The position numbers were made by a program, and so were the translations under genes. Positions 40,830 through 52,380 of a DNA stretch of 64,000 nucleotides are shown here, piece by piece. Position 1 is the stretch's first letter, and the number at the start of each line of letters is the position of its first letter. A model generated the notes under the pieces. That model worked only from the letters and a program-made list of their open reading frames with translations, was not told where the DNA came from and made no database searches. The stretch spans positions 132,592 to 196,591 of the forward strand of contig CAVYAE010000016.1 in the NCBI GenBank assembly GCA_963766305.1, given 5' to 3'. This stretch comes from an uncultured Bacteroidota bacterium (GTDB lineage: Bacteria; Bacteroidota; Bacteroidia; Bacteroidales; JAAUTT01).

Positions 40830-42788
40830 GTGATGGAAACTTCTGATCTCAGTAACCCTGTTCAGGATGAACAATTCAAATCATCCGGAATAGCTGCTTC
40901 TCCCGGAAATTCTGAAAATCCGGATATTGATAACAATATCATATCTGTTGGCGAAGTATTTGAAGAAATTGAACTTAATAATGTTCCGGAATCTGAAGAT
41001 GATGATGAAATCAATGTTGATCCTCATAATATTGAAGAAGATATTACAGTTTCGGAAAATGAAATTTATAACGGCGACTTTACAGAATTTTCCAAAGCTG
41101 AGCTTGTAGATAAATTGGTTGAATTATTATCTGCCAAAGATGTTGAAAAGGTAAAATCTAGCATAGAGAGTATTAAAGTTAATTTTTATAAAAAACATAA
41201 GGCTGAGATTGATAAACTGAGAAAGGAGGCTGAAGATGCCGGAATAGTTGATTTTGTTCCGGAAGTTGACCCACTGGAAGAAAAATTAAAAGAACTTCTC
41301 AAAAATTACCGCGTACTCAGGACTGAATTAAATCAATTATTAGAATCCGAAAAACACAAAAATTTAGCAGAGAAATACAGAATAATTGAAGAGATTAAAG
41401 AATTAGTTAACAGAAAAGAGTCCATAAACGATACATTCCACCAATTCAGGGAATTACAATCTCAGTGGCGTTCCATAGGAGTAGTTCCACAACAAAATAT
41501 TAAAGACCTGTGGGAGAATTATCACCATTATGTGGAAATTTTTTATGATTTCATAAAAATAAACAAAGATCTCAGAGACCTGGATCTGAAAAAAAATCTT
41601 GAGATTAAAATAGAAATTTGTGAGAAAGCTGAAGAACTACTTTTAGAACCTTCCGTAGTTAAAGCTTTTAAAACTTTGCAAAAATTACATGAACAATGGC
41701 GTGAAATTGGCCCTGTTTCTCAGGAAATGAAAATTGAAATATGGGAACGTTTCAAGAATATTACTTCCAAAATAAATAAAAAGCATCAGGATTATTTTGA
41801 AAATTTAAAAGAAAGTCAAAAACAAAACCTTGAATCTAAAACTGCCCTGTGTGAGAGGGCTGAACAAATTTCCAGCCAAAATTATAACAGTGTAAAAGAA
41901 TGGGAACTGTCGTACCAGGAGATGCTGGAACTTCAGAAAATGTGGAGGACAATTGGTTTTGCACCCAAAAAAGACAATAATAAAATATACAATCGTTTCA
42001 GAAACACCTGCGACGCATATTTTAACAGGAAACGCGAATTTTTTACACAAAGTAAGGAAGATCAAAACAATAATCTGCAGTTAAAAACTGATTTGTGCAT
42101 TCAGGCTGAATCATTAATGGATAGTACTGAATGGAGATCTACTACGGAAGATCTTATCAAGTTGCAGAAAAAATGGAAGGAAATAGGTCCCGTACCAAGA
42201 AAACATTCGGATATAATTTGGAAAAGATTCCGGACAGCCTGCGATCACTTTTTTAAAAATAAGGCCTTACATTTTAATAATGTTGACAGCCAATATGAGG
42301 AAAATTTCAGGTTAAAAAGTGAATTGATTAATGAAATAGTGTCTTTTACAGCGAGCCCAAACCCAATGGATAACTTCCAGAAGCTAAAAGATTTTCAACG
42401 CAGGTGGAGTGAAATTGGTTTTGTTCCTTTAAAATCCAAAGATGAAATTCAGAAGAAATATAGAGATGCTATTAATAATCAGTTTGATAACCTAAAAATT
42501 GATGAAGGTCAAAAAAACTTATTAAAATTTAAAAATAAGCTTGAAAATATTTCGACTAAAGGAAAAAGTGGCAACCAGTTATATCACGAACGGGATAAAT
42601 ACTTAACCAAACTCAAGCAAATTGAAAATGATATCATTTTATGGGAAAATAATATTGGATTTTTTGCCAAGTCAAAAAATGCAGAATCAATGATTGCAGA
42701 AGTTGAAAGAAAAATATCATCAGGGAAAGAGGAAATGAAAGCCCTGGAAGAAAAAATCCGAATGATTGAAAAAAGCATAAATGAATGA
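40830..42788 (+). CDS. DUF349 repeat protein
   Basis: 652 aa with an acidic N-terminus and repeated helical units carrying W..IG.VP......W.RF....D.FF. It opens at GTG 40830; the ATG is at 40833. Confidence 0.85.
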   Translation: MMETSDLSNPVQDEQFKSSGIAASPGNSENPDIDNNIISVGEVFEEIELNNVPESEDDDEINVDPHNIEEDITVSENEIYNGDFTEFSKAELVDKLVELLSAKDVEKVKSSIESIKVNFYKKHKAEIDKLRKEAEDAGIVDFVPEVDPLEEKLKELLKNYRVLRTELNQLLESEKHKNLAEKYRIIEEIKELVNRKESINDTFHQFRELQSQWRSIGVVPQQNIKDLWENYHHYVEIFYDFIKINKDLRDLDLKKNLEIKIEICEKAEELLLEPSVVKAFKTLQKLHEQWREIGPVSQEMKIEIWERFKNITSKINKKHQDYFENLKESQKQNLESKTALCERAEQISSQNYNSVKEWELSYQEMLELQKMWRTIGFAPKKDNNKIYNRFRNTCDAYFNRKREFFTQSKEDQNNNLQLKTDLCIQAESLMDSTEWRSTTEDLIKLQKKWKEIGPVPRKHSDIIWKRFRTACDHFFKNKALHFNNVDSQYEENFRLKSELINEIVSFTASPNPMDNFQKLKDFQRRWSEIGFVPLKSKDEIQKKYRDAINNQFDNLKIDEGQKNLLKFKNKLENISTKGKSGNQLYHERDKYLTKLKQIENDIILWENNIGFFAKSKNAESMIAEVERKISSGKEEMKALEEKIRMIEKSINE

Positions 42789-42804
42789 TATATTGAAAAC
42801 TTAA

Positions 42805-44427
<1,623 letters not shown>

Positions 44428-44612
44428 CTATAATAACATGCCGGCTTTAAAAATTACAAAGTACATATATGCCGGTATTAATTTGCATTTTACCGAAATC
44501 TTTTTGGCAGAATTTAAAACAGTAGTTAATTTTCAAACCTTTTTAATAGCTTTGTGGCAAAAAAATCACTTAATAATTGATTAGCAATTATAAATAAAAC
44601 AGTTAGAATTAT

Positions 44613-46484
44613 ATGGATAAAAATTCAATTATTGGAATCTTATTGATATTTGTTATCATTATCGGATATTATTTTATTTCCAAACCATCCCAACAGCAGC
44701 TTGAGGCAATAAAAAGGCAACAGGATTCCCTATTAATTGTCCGTCAGCAGGAAATGCTGAGAACACAAAAAAATACCTTAACGACTGATTCATCTCTGCA
44801 AAAGGGTAAAATTGTAACTTCAGATTCTGCCGTTCAAAAATTAAATTATAACAAATACGGAGTATTTGCTTCGGCATATAAAGATACAGCCGAATATATT
44901 ACAATAGAAAACAACCTTCTCAGAATTAAATTGAGTTCCCGGGGAGCCAGACCTTATTCTGTTGAATTAAAAAAATATACACGTTACGATTCATCCCCTC
45001 TGATTTTATTTAACGGTGATTCCACTATTCTGGGTTTGAACTTCTTTTCCCAAAATAAGTTGATTGAAACCAACAATTTGACATTTAAACCTTTAACTGA
45101 TAAAAAAGAATATATAATAACTAATTCACCTGATTCTGTGGTATTCAGATTATATGCAGGTGATAATTCATATATTGAATATATTTATACTGTTGTACCG
45201 AATGATTATATGATCCGGTTCAGGATTAACATGGTAAATATGAATGATATTATATCTACCAATTCCAACTCCATTGATTTAAACTGGGCTGTAACAATTC
45301 CCCGTCAGGAAAATGACACTACCAATGAAAATACTTATTCCAACATTCAGTACAAGTTTATTGAGGATGACGATGAATCAATGAGTGCTGTTACCAATAA
45401 ATCAGAAGAGGTAAGAACTATAAATAATAAGTTAAAATGGATTGCTTTTAAACAGCAGTTTTTTTCTTCTGTTATCATCGCAGGTGAAAGTTTTCAAAAT
45501 GGTAATCTAAAATCATTAAGGTTTTTAAACAGGGAAGTAAATCTGAAAAGGTATGATGCTACTCTGGCTTTGAACTACGAAAATAAGCCCTTATTGAGCA
45601 TACCCTTACAATTTTATTTCGGGCCGAACCACTATGCAACTCTTAAAAAGTATAATATTGGTTTGGAAAGGATTATATTCTGGGGTCGTAATATATTCCG
45701 ACTTGTCAATGTGTACGTAATTAACCCCATTTTCGGGTTTTTAAGCAGTTTTATATTTAATGTAGGGATAATTATTTTAGTTTTGACCTTTATTATAAAA
45801 ATAGGGCTTTTCCCGTTTACTTTCAGGTCATACCAGTCACAAGCCAAAATGCGTGTTCTTAAACCTGAAATTGATGAATTGAATAAGAAATTCCCAAAAG
45901 AAAAAGCGGTAGAAAAACAACAGGCTGTGATGGCTCTTTACAAAAAAGCAGGAGTAAATCCCCTTGGAGGATGTTTGCCAATGTTATTCCAAATGCCTTT
46001 CCTGATTGCAATGTTCAGGTTTTTTCCTACATCAATAGAATTACGTCATCAGCATTTTCTTTGGGCCACAGACCTTTCTACCTATGATTCTATTTTTTCG
46101 TGGTCCGCAAATATTCCATTGATTACTCAATATTATGGAAACCATATAAGTCTTTTTACTATATTAATGACAGCTGCAACCATAATAAGCATGAGGATGA
46201 GCCAGCAAACCTCATCAATGGACAACCAGATGCCCGGGATGAAGACAATGATGTATATTATGCCTGTGATGTTTATGGTTTTCCTGAATAAATATTCATC
46301 GGGCCTTACATATTATTATTTTCTTTCAACCTTGATAACTATTGGCCAGAATGAAATTTTTAAGCTAGTGACTGACGAAGAAAAATTACTAAGACAAATT
46401 CATTTAAATAAGGCAAAACCGGTTAAAAAATCATCTTTTCAGGAAAGGCTTGAAAAAATGTCCAAGCAAAGAGGTCTGAGATAA
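44613..46484 (+). CDS. yidC: Membrane protein insertase YidC (long Bacteroidota form)
   Basis: 623 aa with an N-terminal TM segment, a large periplasmic domain, and a C-terminal 60-kDa insertase core containing NPLGGCLPMLFQMP. Confidence 0.95.
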   Translation: MDKNSIIGILLIFVIIIGYYFISKPSQQQLEAIKRQQDSLLIVRQQEMLRTQKNTLTTDSSLQKGKIVTSDSAVQKLNYNKYGVFASAYKDTAEYITIENNLLRIKLSSRGARPYSVELKKYTRYDSSPLILFNGDSTILGLNFFSQNKLIETNNLTFKPLTDKKEYIITNSPDSVVFRLYAGDNSYIEYIYTVVPNDYMIRFRINMVNMNDIISTNSNSIDLNWAVTIPRQENDTTNENTYSNIQYKFIEDDDESMSAVTNKSEEVRTINNKLKWIAFKQQFFSSVIIAGESFQNGNLKSLRFLNREVNLKRYDATLALNYENKPLLSIPLQFYFGPNHYATLKKYNIGLERIIFWGRNIFRLVNVYVINPIFGFLSSFIFNVGIIILVLTFIIKIGLFPFTFRSYQSQAKMRVLKPEIDELNKKFPKEKAVEKQQAVMALYKKAGVNPLGGCLPMLFQMPFLIAMFRFFPTSIELRHQHFLWATDLSTYDSIFSWSANIPLITQYYGNHISLFTILMTAATIISMRMSQQTSSMDNQMPGMKTMMYIMPVMFMVFLNKYSSGLTYYYFLSTLITIGQNEIFKLVTDEEKLLRQIHLNKAKPVKKSSFQERLEKMSKQRGLR

Positions 46485-46565
46485 TGACTGAATACTGATT
46501 ACTTAATTATAATTATTTCTAATATTGACATCAGTCATTCGTAATTTGTCAGAAGTAATTATTTA

Positions 46566-46943
46566 TCACACTATTTCAATCATTTTAAATGGTACTCTTA
46601 TAATAGATTCATAATCTTCACCAGCTTCAAGCATATCCTCATCATCTTCTTCATAATACCAGTTGATAATTATATCATTACTTGCCTTATGAATTGATTC
46701 CAGTTTTTTAAAGATGTCCAAAATACATTTTGATGAACTAGTATTAAAGTATTCAAGTTGAATATTGACTTTTGTGTGAGTATTTGGTGATTTTGCATAT
46801 AAATCCAACCAATCAACCAGAGGTTTATAAAACTCAATTGAATTTTCAGGAATTGAACGTCCTTTAATCTCTATTAAACCCTGCTCTGCGTCAAATTTAA
46901 CAATGGGTGTTTTAGCTGTTCCTTCAATTAAAAGTGATTCCAT
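46566..46943 (-). CDS. SiaC-like regulatory phosphoprotein (DUF1987)
   Basis: 125 aa with TPIVKFDAEQGLIEIKGRSIPEN and LEYFNTSSSK. By my count the Thr of that motif is residue 68. Confidence 0.75.
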   Translation of the reverse strand: MESLLIEGTAKTPIVKFDAEQGLIEIKGRSIPENSIEFYKPLVDWLDLYAKSPNTHTKVNIQLEYFNTSSSKCILDIFKKLESIHKASNDIIINWYYEEDDEDMLEAGEDYESIIRVPFKMIEIV

Positions 46944-46964
46944 AGTAATTCAAATAAATTAAAT

Positions 46965-47516
46965 CTAGGAAACTAAAATTTCTAAATTAAAAAAATAATA
47001 ATCTTTGTTTATTTCGCTAAAAGAATATTCAATTTTATGTCCGGTTTTCCTGGCAATATCTACCAAACCGAGTCCGCCGCCACCTTTGGCTGTTAATTTC
47101 TGGTGGTTGAGAATGAATTTGTACATATCTTTCAGCTCATTTTGAGATAATGAATTGATTTTGTCAATTTTATCTTTTAGGGTTTTTATTTTGGAAGTAT
47201 TTAAAAAATTACCTGTAGTAACAAGATACCCACTTTCATTTTTTTTCACTACTACCAATCCAAACTTTTTTGTGTCATCTAAACCTTCAACTGCAACAGG
47301 AGCATCCTCAGCATGATGAAACATATTTTGAAGGCTTTCCAGCAAAACATTATAAACTTTTTTTCTAACAGTGTTGTTTACCTCTAAATCAGAAAATTTT
47401 TGTTCTGTGATTTCTAAAATATTAATTATGACTTCAGATGTAATAGTTCCCTTAAAAGAAAATACAACATCGTCTCCATTTAGTTTCGTAAAGTACTCAT
47501 TAAAATTAAAGCTCAT
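46965..47516 (-). CDS. SiaB-like small protein kinase (GHKL/anti-sigma-kinase-like ATPase)
   Basis: 183 aa with the C-terminal G-box GGGGLGLVDIARKTG. It lies directly upstream of the DUF1987 gene in the same B-then-C order as siaB-siaC. Confidence 0.65.
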   Translation of the reverse strand: MSFNFNEYFTKLNGDDVVFSFKGTITSEVIINILEITEQKFSDLEVNNTVRKKVYNVLLESLQNMFHHAEDAPVAVEGLDDTKKFGLVVVKKNESGYLVTTGNFLNTSKIKTLKDKIDKINSLSQNELKDMYKFILNHQKLTAKGGGGLGLVDIARKTGHKIEYSFSEINKDYYFFNLEILVS

Positions 47517-47567
47517 AAGAGGCTTTTATTACATTACATGTTACCAATTCTCTTTTGACACGATTAA

Positions 47568-47600
47568 CAAATATATAAAAAACTATCTGTTATAGCCAAA
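47568..47600 (-). promoter_or_regulatory. Candidate Bacteroidota-type promoter (TTTG, 21-nt spacer, TATATTTG) for the SiaB/SiaC-like pair
   Basis: On the minus strand, TTTG lies at 47600..47597 and TATATTTG at 47575..47568, about 50 nt upstream of ATG 47516. The match could arise by chance in AT-rich DNA. Confidence 0.3.
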
Positions 47601-47729
47601 TTAGAATAAACTTTATTGTTTGCGATATCTCATTTACAATTTACCCAATAATTACAGATTAAATTGCTCCTTATTCATAAAGATAATAATTTTATAATTA
47701 AAATGTATGTGGTAATTGAATATTGATTT

Positions 47730-48887
47730 CTATTTCCCGGCTTTTTTGGTACCTGAATAAATATTAAACCGCTGAAATTTACATTCGATATTGCCATTAT
47801 TAAGGCTGAACTTTTTTGAAGGATGCAGGCCAATATGATCCAGAGCCTCTTTATTACCACTCAGTATCCATATTTCATAGCCTGTATATTTTCTTTTTAA
47901 CTGATTACCAATCATTTCATAAAAGGCATCCAGGTTATTTTTCTTGATTCGTTCGCCATAAGGAGGATTAAATATAACAATACCGGGTTCCTCTTTTGGG
48001 ATAATACTTTCGAATGATTCAACTTTAAATGTAACTTTATTAAAAACAGATGCATTTTTAGCATTGTCTGCTGCAATTCTTATTGCCCCCGCAGAGATAT
48101 CCGAACCGGTAATCCTGTAATTAAATTCTCTTTCATTTGAGTCATCATTAAATACTTTTTCCATTAAATCTCTGTCAAAATCTTTCCATTTTTCAAAAGC
48201 AAATTCTTTTCTGAAAATACCAGGAGGCACGTTATAAGCCAGTAAGGCTGCTTCAATGGGAATCGTTCCAGAACCGCACATTGGATCTAAAAAATTACAT
48301 TTTCTGTTCCAACCACTTATCAATATTAATCCGGCAGCAAGAACTTCATTCAATGGTGCTATGGTTGAATTGACCCTGTAGCCTCTCTTGTGGAGCGATT
48401 CTCCGGAACTGTCTATTGCTATTTGACATTCATCTTCATATATATGAATATTTATTAAAATAGTAGGGTTTTCAGTGTCTATCGAGGGTCGTTTTCCGTA
48501 GTAATTCCTGAATTGATCAACTATTGCATCCTTTGATTTTAAAGCAACATATTGGGTATGATTAAAATAAGATGAGTTTACCGTAGTTTGTATACATAAG
48601 GTATCATCCACATTAAAATAATCGCTCCAGGTTATTTGCGAAATTCCTTTATATAAATCAATTTCATTTTTAGCTTTAAATTTACTGATTGGTTTAAGTA
48701 TCTTTAAAGCTGTACGTAACCAAAGATTGGCTTTATACATCAAGGTATTATCACCTTTGAAACTAACTGCCCTGTTCAGAATATTTATATCAAAGGCTCC
48801 CAACTCCTTTAATTCATCTGCAAGTACGTCCTCAAGTCCTTTAAATGTCTTTGCAACTAATTCAAAGTTATCAGTATTTTTATTCAA
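47730..48887 (-). CDS. THUMP-domain class I SAM-dependent RNA methyltransferase (RlmL/COG0116-like)
   Basis: 385 aa with an N-terminal THUMP-like region, the SAM-binding motif DPMCGSGT, and the catalytic motif NPPYGER. The start codon appears to be TTG. Confidence 0.8.
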   Translation of the reverse strand: MNKNTDNFELVAKTFKGLEDVLADELKELGAFDINILNRAVSFKGDNTLMYKANLWLRTALKILKPISKFKAKNEIDLYKGISQITWSDYFNVDDTLCIQTTVNSSYFNHTQYVALKSKDAIVDQFRNYYGKRPSIDTENPTILINIHIYEDECQIAIDSSGESLHKRGYRVNSTIAPLNEVLAAGLILISGWNRKCNFLDPMCGSGTIPIEAALLAYNVPPGIFRKEFAFEKWKDFDRDLMEKVFNDDSNEREFNYRITGSDISAGAIRIAADNAKNASVFNKVTFKVESFESIIPKEEPGIVIFNPPYGERIKKNNLDAFYEMIGNQLKRKYTGYEIWILSGNKEALDHIGLHPSKKFSLNNGNIECKFQRFNIYSGTKKAGK

Positions 48888-48923
48888 TTAAATTCAATTT
48901 TTAAATGATTTTCTACTATTAAA

Positions 48924-49499
48924 TTATAAAATTATTTTTGATTTTAATTCTTTTTTCCACTCAAAATACCCAATAAAGGCAAGGATTATATAAGCTGTGA
49001 ATAAACCCGTGGTTGCATAGAGTTTCATGTAAAAATACAGACATGCAGACAGTGTATCAGAAAAAATCCAGATAAGCCAGTTCTCAGAATACTTTCTGGC
49101 TAACATCCATGTAGCAATTATGCTGAGTGTTGTAGTCACCGAATCGCAAATAGGATAAGGGGAATCTGTTAAGTTCTTGAGTATCCAGAATATTGGAACT
49201 ACCAACACTAATGAACTCATTGAACATATTACAGCTATTTTTATTGGTATGCTTTTGACTACTATTTCTTTCCCGTCTTTTTGATTCTTTTTATCCCCGA
49301 ATTTCCAGTAATACCACCCATAAACACTTATACCCATATAATATAATTGCAAAATCATGGTGGCATAAAGTTTTGAATGTAAAAATACAATAAAGTAAAT
49401 GCCTGAACTTATAAAACCTACCAGCCACAATAAAATGTTACGGCGAATAGAAAATAGTACATAAATCAAGCCGGCAACCGCTCCTGTAATTTCAATCAT
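48924..49499 (-). CDS. pnuC: Nicotinamide riboside transporter PnuC
   Basis: About 190 aa, multi-pass, with W/Y-rich helices ([16 protein letters not shown]) typical of PnuC. The track ORF opens at ATG 49505. A second ATG at 49499 forms an ATGA overlap with the guaA stop. Confidence 0.75.
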   Translation of the reverse strand: MIEITGAVAGLIYVLFSIRRNILLWLVGFISSGIYFIVFLHSKLYATMILQLYYMGISVYGWYYWKFGDKKNQKDGKEIVVKSIPIKIAVICSMSSLVLVVPIFWILKNLTDSPYPICDSVTTTLSIIATWMLARKYSENWLIWIFSDTLSACLYFYMKLYATTGLFTAYIILAFIGYFEWKKELKSKIIL

Positions 49500-51043
49500 T
49501 CCCATTCTATTGTCGCTGGTGGCTTTGAACTTATGTCGTACACAACCCGGTTTACACCTTTTACTTTATTTATTATTTCATTAGACATCAAACTAAGGAA
49601 CTCGTATGGTAATTGACACCAATCGGCTGTCATTCCATCAGTTGAAGAAACTGCTCTCAATGCAACAACATTTTCATAGGTACGTTCGTCTCCCATTACT
49701 CCAACACTCTGAATTGGTAATAAAATTGCTGCAGCCTGCCATACTGTATTATACAGCCCATAAGTAATTAAACCATTGATAAATATATCATCTACCTCCT
49801 GAAGAATTTTAACCTTATCAGAGGTAACTTCTCCTAAAATCCGTATACCTAAACCAGGGCCGGGAAAGGGATGTCTGTTAATAATATTTCCGGGTATTTC
49901 CAAAGCTTCTCCAATACGGCGGACTTCATCCTTAAACAATAATTTTAAAGGTTCAACAAGTTTAAGGTTCATTTTTTCCGGTAATCCACCAACATTATGA
50001 TGCGATTTAATTGTGACTGATGGTCCGTTAACAGAAACGGATTCAATTACATCAGGATATATTGTTCCCTGACCAAGCCATTTTACATTTGGAATTTTCT
50101 TTGCTTCCTGCTCAAAAATTTCTATAAAACTATTACCTATTATTTTTCGTTTTTTTTCAGGATCGGCAATACCTTTAAGAGACGATAAAAATTTTGAACC
50201 GGCATCAATTCCAATTATGTTAAGTCCTAAATTTTTAAATGAATGTAATACTTTTTCAAATTCATTTTTACGTAATAATCCATTGTCAATGAAAATACAG
50301 GTTAACTTATTTCCAATAGCTTTATGTATTAAAAATGCAGCAACAGATGAATCTACACCACCCGAAAGACCCAGTACTACATTGTCATTTCCTGTACCCT
50401 CACGTATCATTGATATAGTTGAAGCTATAAAGGCAGCCGGAGTCCAGTTTTGGCTGCACTTACATATATTTACGACAAAATTCTTTAAAATTTTGCTTCC
50501 TTCTGTGGTATGATAAACCTCAGGATGAAATTGCAAACCATAAGTTTTTTCGTTGATTATTTGAAAAGCTCCAACATTAACATCAGATGTCCTTGCAATA
50601 ATTTTATAATTGCCGGGAATTTTACTGATGGTGTCTGCATGTGACATCCATACCTGACTATTATTAGAAATACCTTCGAACAAATCATTGTTGTCAGTAA
50701 CCTGTAATTTAGCCCGTCCATATTCACGGGTTGACGATGAAAGTACTTCACCTCCAAAATGATGCGATAAATATTGTGCCCCGTAACAAATTCCCAAAAC
50801 AGGAATTATACCTTTTACATTAGTAAGATCAGCACCAGGTGCATTACTGTCTCTCACAGAGAAAGGACTTCCTGATAAAATAATTCCTTTTAGATCGCTA
50901 TCTAATTTAAAATTTTTATTAAAAGGATGTATTTCACAAAATACATTCAATTCTCTGATTCTTCTTGCAATTAATTGGGTGTATTGCGATCCAAAATCAA
51001 GTATAATTATTTTTTCCATAGGAGGTTTTGAGAGATTTTCCAA
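49496..51043 (-). CDS. guaA: GMP synthase (glutamine-hydrolysing)
   Basis: 515 aa with the GATase motif GICYGAQ, the PP-loop SGGVDSSV, and the C-terminal PPATIEWE. Confidence 0.95.
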   Translation of the reverse strand: MENLSKPPMEKIIILDFGSQYTQLIARRIRELNVFCEIHPFNKNFKLDSDLKGIILSGSPFSVRDSNAPGADLTNVKGIIPVLGICYGAQYLSHHFGGEVLSSSTREYGRAKLQVTDNNDLFEGISNNSQVWMSHADTISKIPGNYKIIARTSDVNVGAFQIINEKTYGLQFHPEVYHTTEGSKILKNFVVNICKCSQNWTPAAFIASTISMIREGTGNDNVVLGLSGGVDSSVAAFLIHKAIGNKLTCIFIDNGLLRKNEFEKVLHSFKNLGLNIIGIDAGSKFLSSLKGIADPEKKRKIIGNSFIEIFEQEAKKIPNVKWLGQGTIYPDVIESVSVNGPSVTIKSHHNVGGLPEKMNLKLVEPLKLLFKDEVRRIGEALEIPGNIINRHPFPGPGLGIRILGEVTSDKVKILQEVDDIFINGLITYGLYNTVWQAAAILLPIQSVGVMGDERTYENVVALRAVSSTDGMTADWCQLPYEFLSLMSNEIINKVKGVNRVVYDISSKPPATIEWE

Positions 51044-51064
51044 ATATACAGATTTATGTGTATA

Positions 51065-51976
51065 CTATATTACTATTTTCATTCCGTCTTCTGCAACCAG
51101 GGTATCAGGAAATATTTTGCTGGCTTGTTCGTATAACCTGTTTATATCTTTATACCTTGAGGAAAAATGACCAATTATCAATTTTCCCGTTTTTGCTAAT
51201 TTGGCAATTTTTGCAGCTTCTGACGCTGTTGAATGAAAAGTGATCCTTGCTAATTCAGATTCTTCGTCAGCAAAAGTTGCTTCATGATACAAAACATTTA
51301 CACTACTTATTGTTTTAATAATATCTTCATTATAAGCAGTATCAGAACAAAAGGCATATGATTTGGCAGGTTGCGGTTCTATTGTAAGAACAGAATTTGA
51401 AACTTCAGTTCCATCCTTTGTAATAAAATCAGCCCCGTTTTTAATATTTATAATTTCCTTTACAGGTATCTGATAATATTCTATCATATCTTTTCTTATT
51501 TTTCTAAGAGGTAGTTTTTCTTTGAATAAAAATCCACAGGTAGGTATCCTGTGTTTTAAAGGAAAACTTTGTACGGTAATTGTTTTATTTTCAAAAATTA
51601 ACTGAGGAGAATCAAAAATTAACGGATGTATTTCCAAAGTGAAAGAGAGGTCTGTAATAAAATGATTCAGGAATTGTCTTAACATCATTTCCAAATCATT
51701 ATGGGCAAAAATATGCAGGGTTTTTTTTCTACCCAGTAAATTAAATGTAGATATAAGGCCAGGCAGACCAAAAGTATGATCCCCATGAAGGTGAGTAATA
51801 AAAATATTATCAATTCTGCTAAATGCTGCTTTAAATTTTCTAAGTTGAAGTTGTGTACCCTCACCGCAGTCAATGAGAAAAAACCGCTCATTTACATTGA
51901 GTAAATGAGCGGTCAAATTTCTTTCAGAGGTTGGCAGAGCTGAGCTGCTACCCAATATCAATACTGAAAATGCCAT
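51065..51976 (-). CDS. rnz: Ribonuclease Z
   Basis: 303 aa with the metallo-beta-lactamase motif HLHGDH and the N-terminal segment ILGSSSALPT..RN. Confidence 0.9.
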   Translation of the reverse strand: MAFSVLILGSSSALPTSERNLTAHLLNVNERFFLIDCGEGTQLQLRKFKAAFSRIDNIFITHLHGDHTFGLPGLISTFNLLGRKKTLHIFAHNDLEMMLRQFLNHFITDLSFTLEIHPLIFDSPQLIFENKTITVQSFPLKHRIPTCGFLFKEKLPLRKIRKDMIEYYQIPVKEIINIKNGADFITKDGTEVSNSVLTIEPQPAKSYAFCSDTAYNEDIIKTISSVNVLYHEATFADEESELARITFHSTASEAAKIAKLAKTGKLIIGHFSSRYKDINRLYEQASKIFPDTLVAEDGMKIVI

Positions 51977-51997
51977 AACCTAGGGTTACTAACCTGG

Positions 51998-52348
51998 TTA
52001 ATGATTTTCTTTGTTTACCATAAATACTGCTTCATCGAAAGAACTGGTAATATTAAGTACTGTGTCCAACTGAGAAATAGTAATTAATCGTTCTACTGCA
52101 TCATTTAAACCTGTTAAAACAAATATACCATTACTGTTTTTACATAACCTGTTGGCCACAAGAATTGCACTTAATCCCGAAGAATCACAATAACGGCATT
52201 TGCTTAAATCAAGAATAATATTTTTTTCTCCATTACCGGAAATTAATACTAATTCTGATTTTAACGTAGGAGCAATGTGTGTGTCCAGCTTTTCTTCGAG
52301 CACTTGAATTAATGTAAAACTCTCTAGTTTTTCGATTTTAAATTCCAT
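51998..52348 (-). CDS. STAS-domain protein (anti-sigma-factor antagonist-like)
   Basis: 116 aa. The DSSGL segment in CDSSGLSAILVA is typical of SpoIIAA/STAS proteins. Confidence 0.75.
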   Translation of the reverse strand: MEFKIEKLESFTLIQVLEEKLDTHIAPTLKSELVLISGNGEKNIILDLSKCRYCDSSGLSAILVANRLCKNSNGIFVLTGLNDAVERLITISQLDTVLNITSSFDEAVFMVNKENH

Positions 52349-52380
52349 TGTAATGTAATTTAAATATGAAACTTAATAAT

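Noticed and set aside
46487-46549. Inverted repeat aatgactga ... tcagtcatt just after the yidC stop, as a terminator
   Set aside because: The 9-bp arms are separated by a loop of about 40 nt and are not followed by a T-run, so evidence for an intrinsic terminator is weak.
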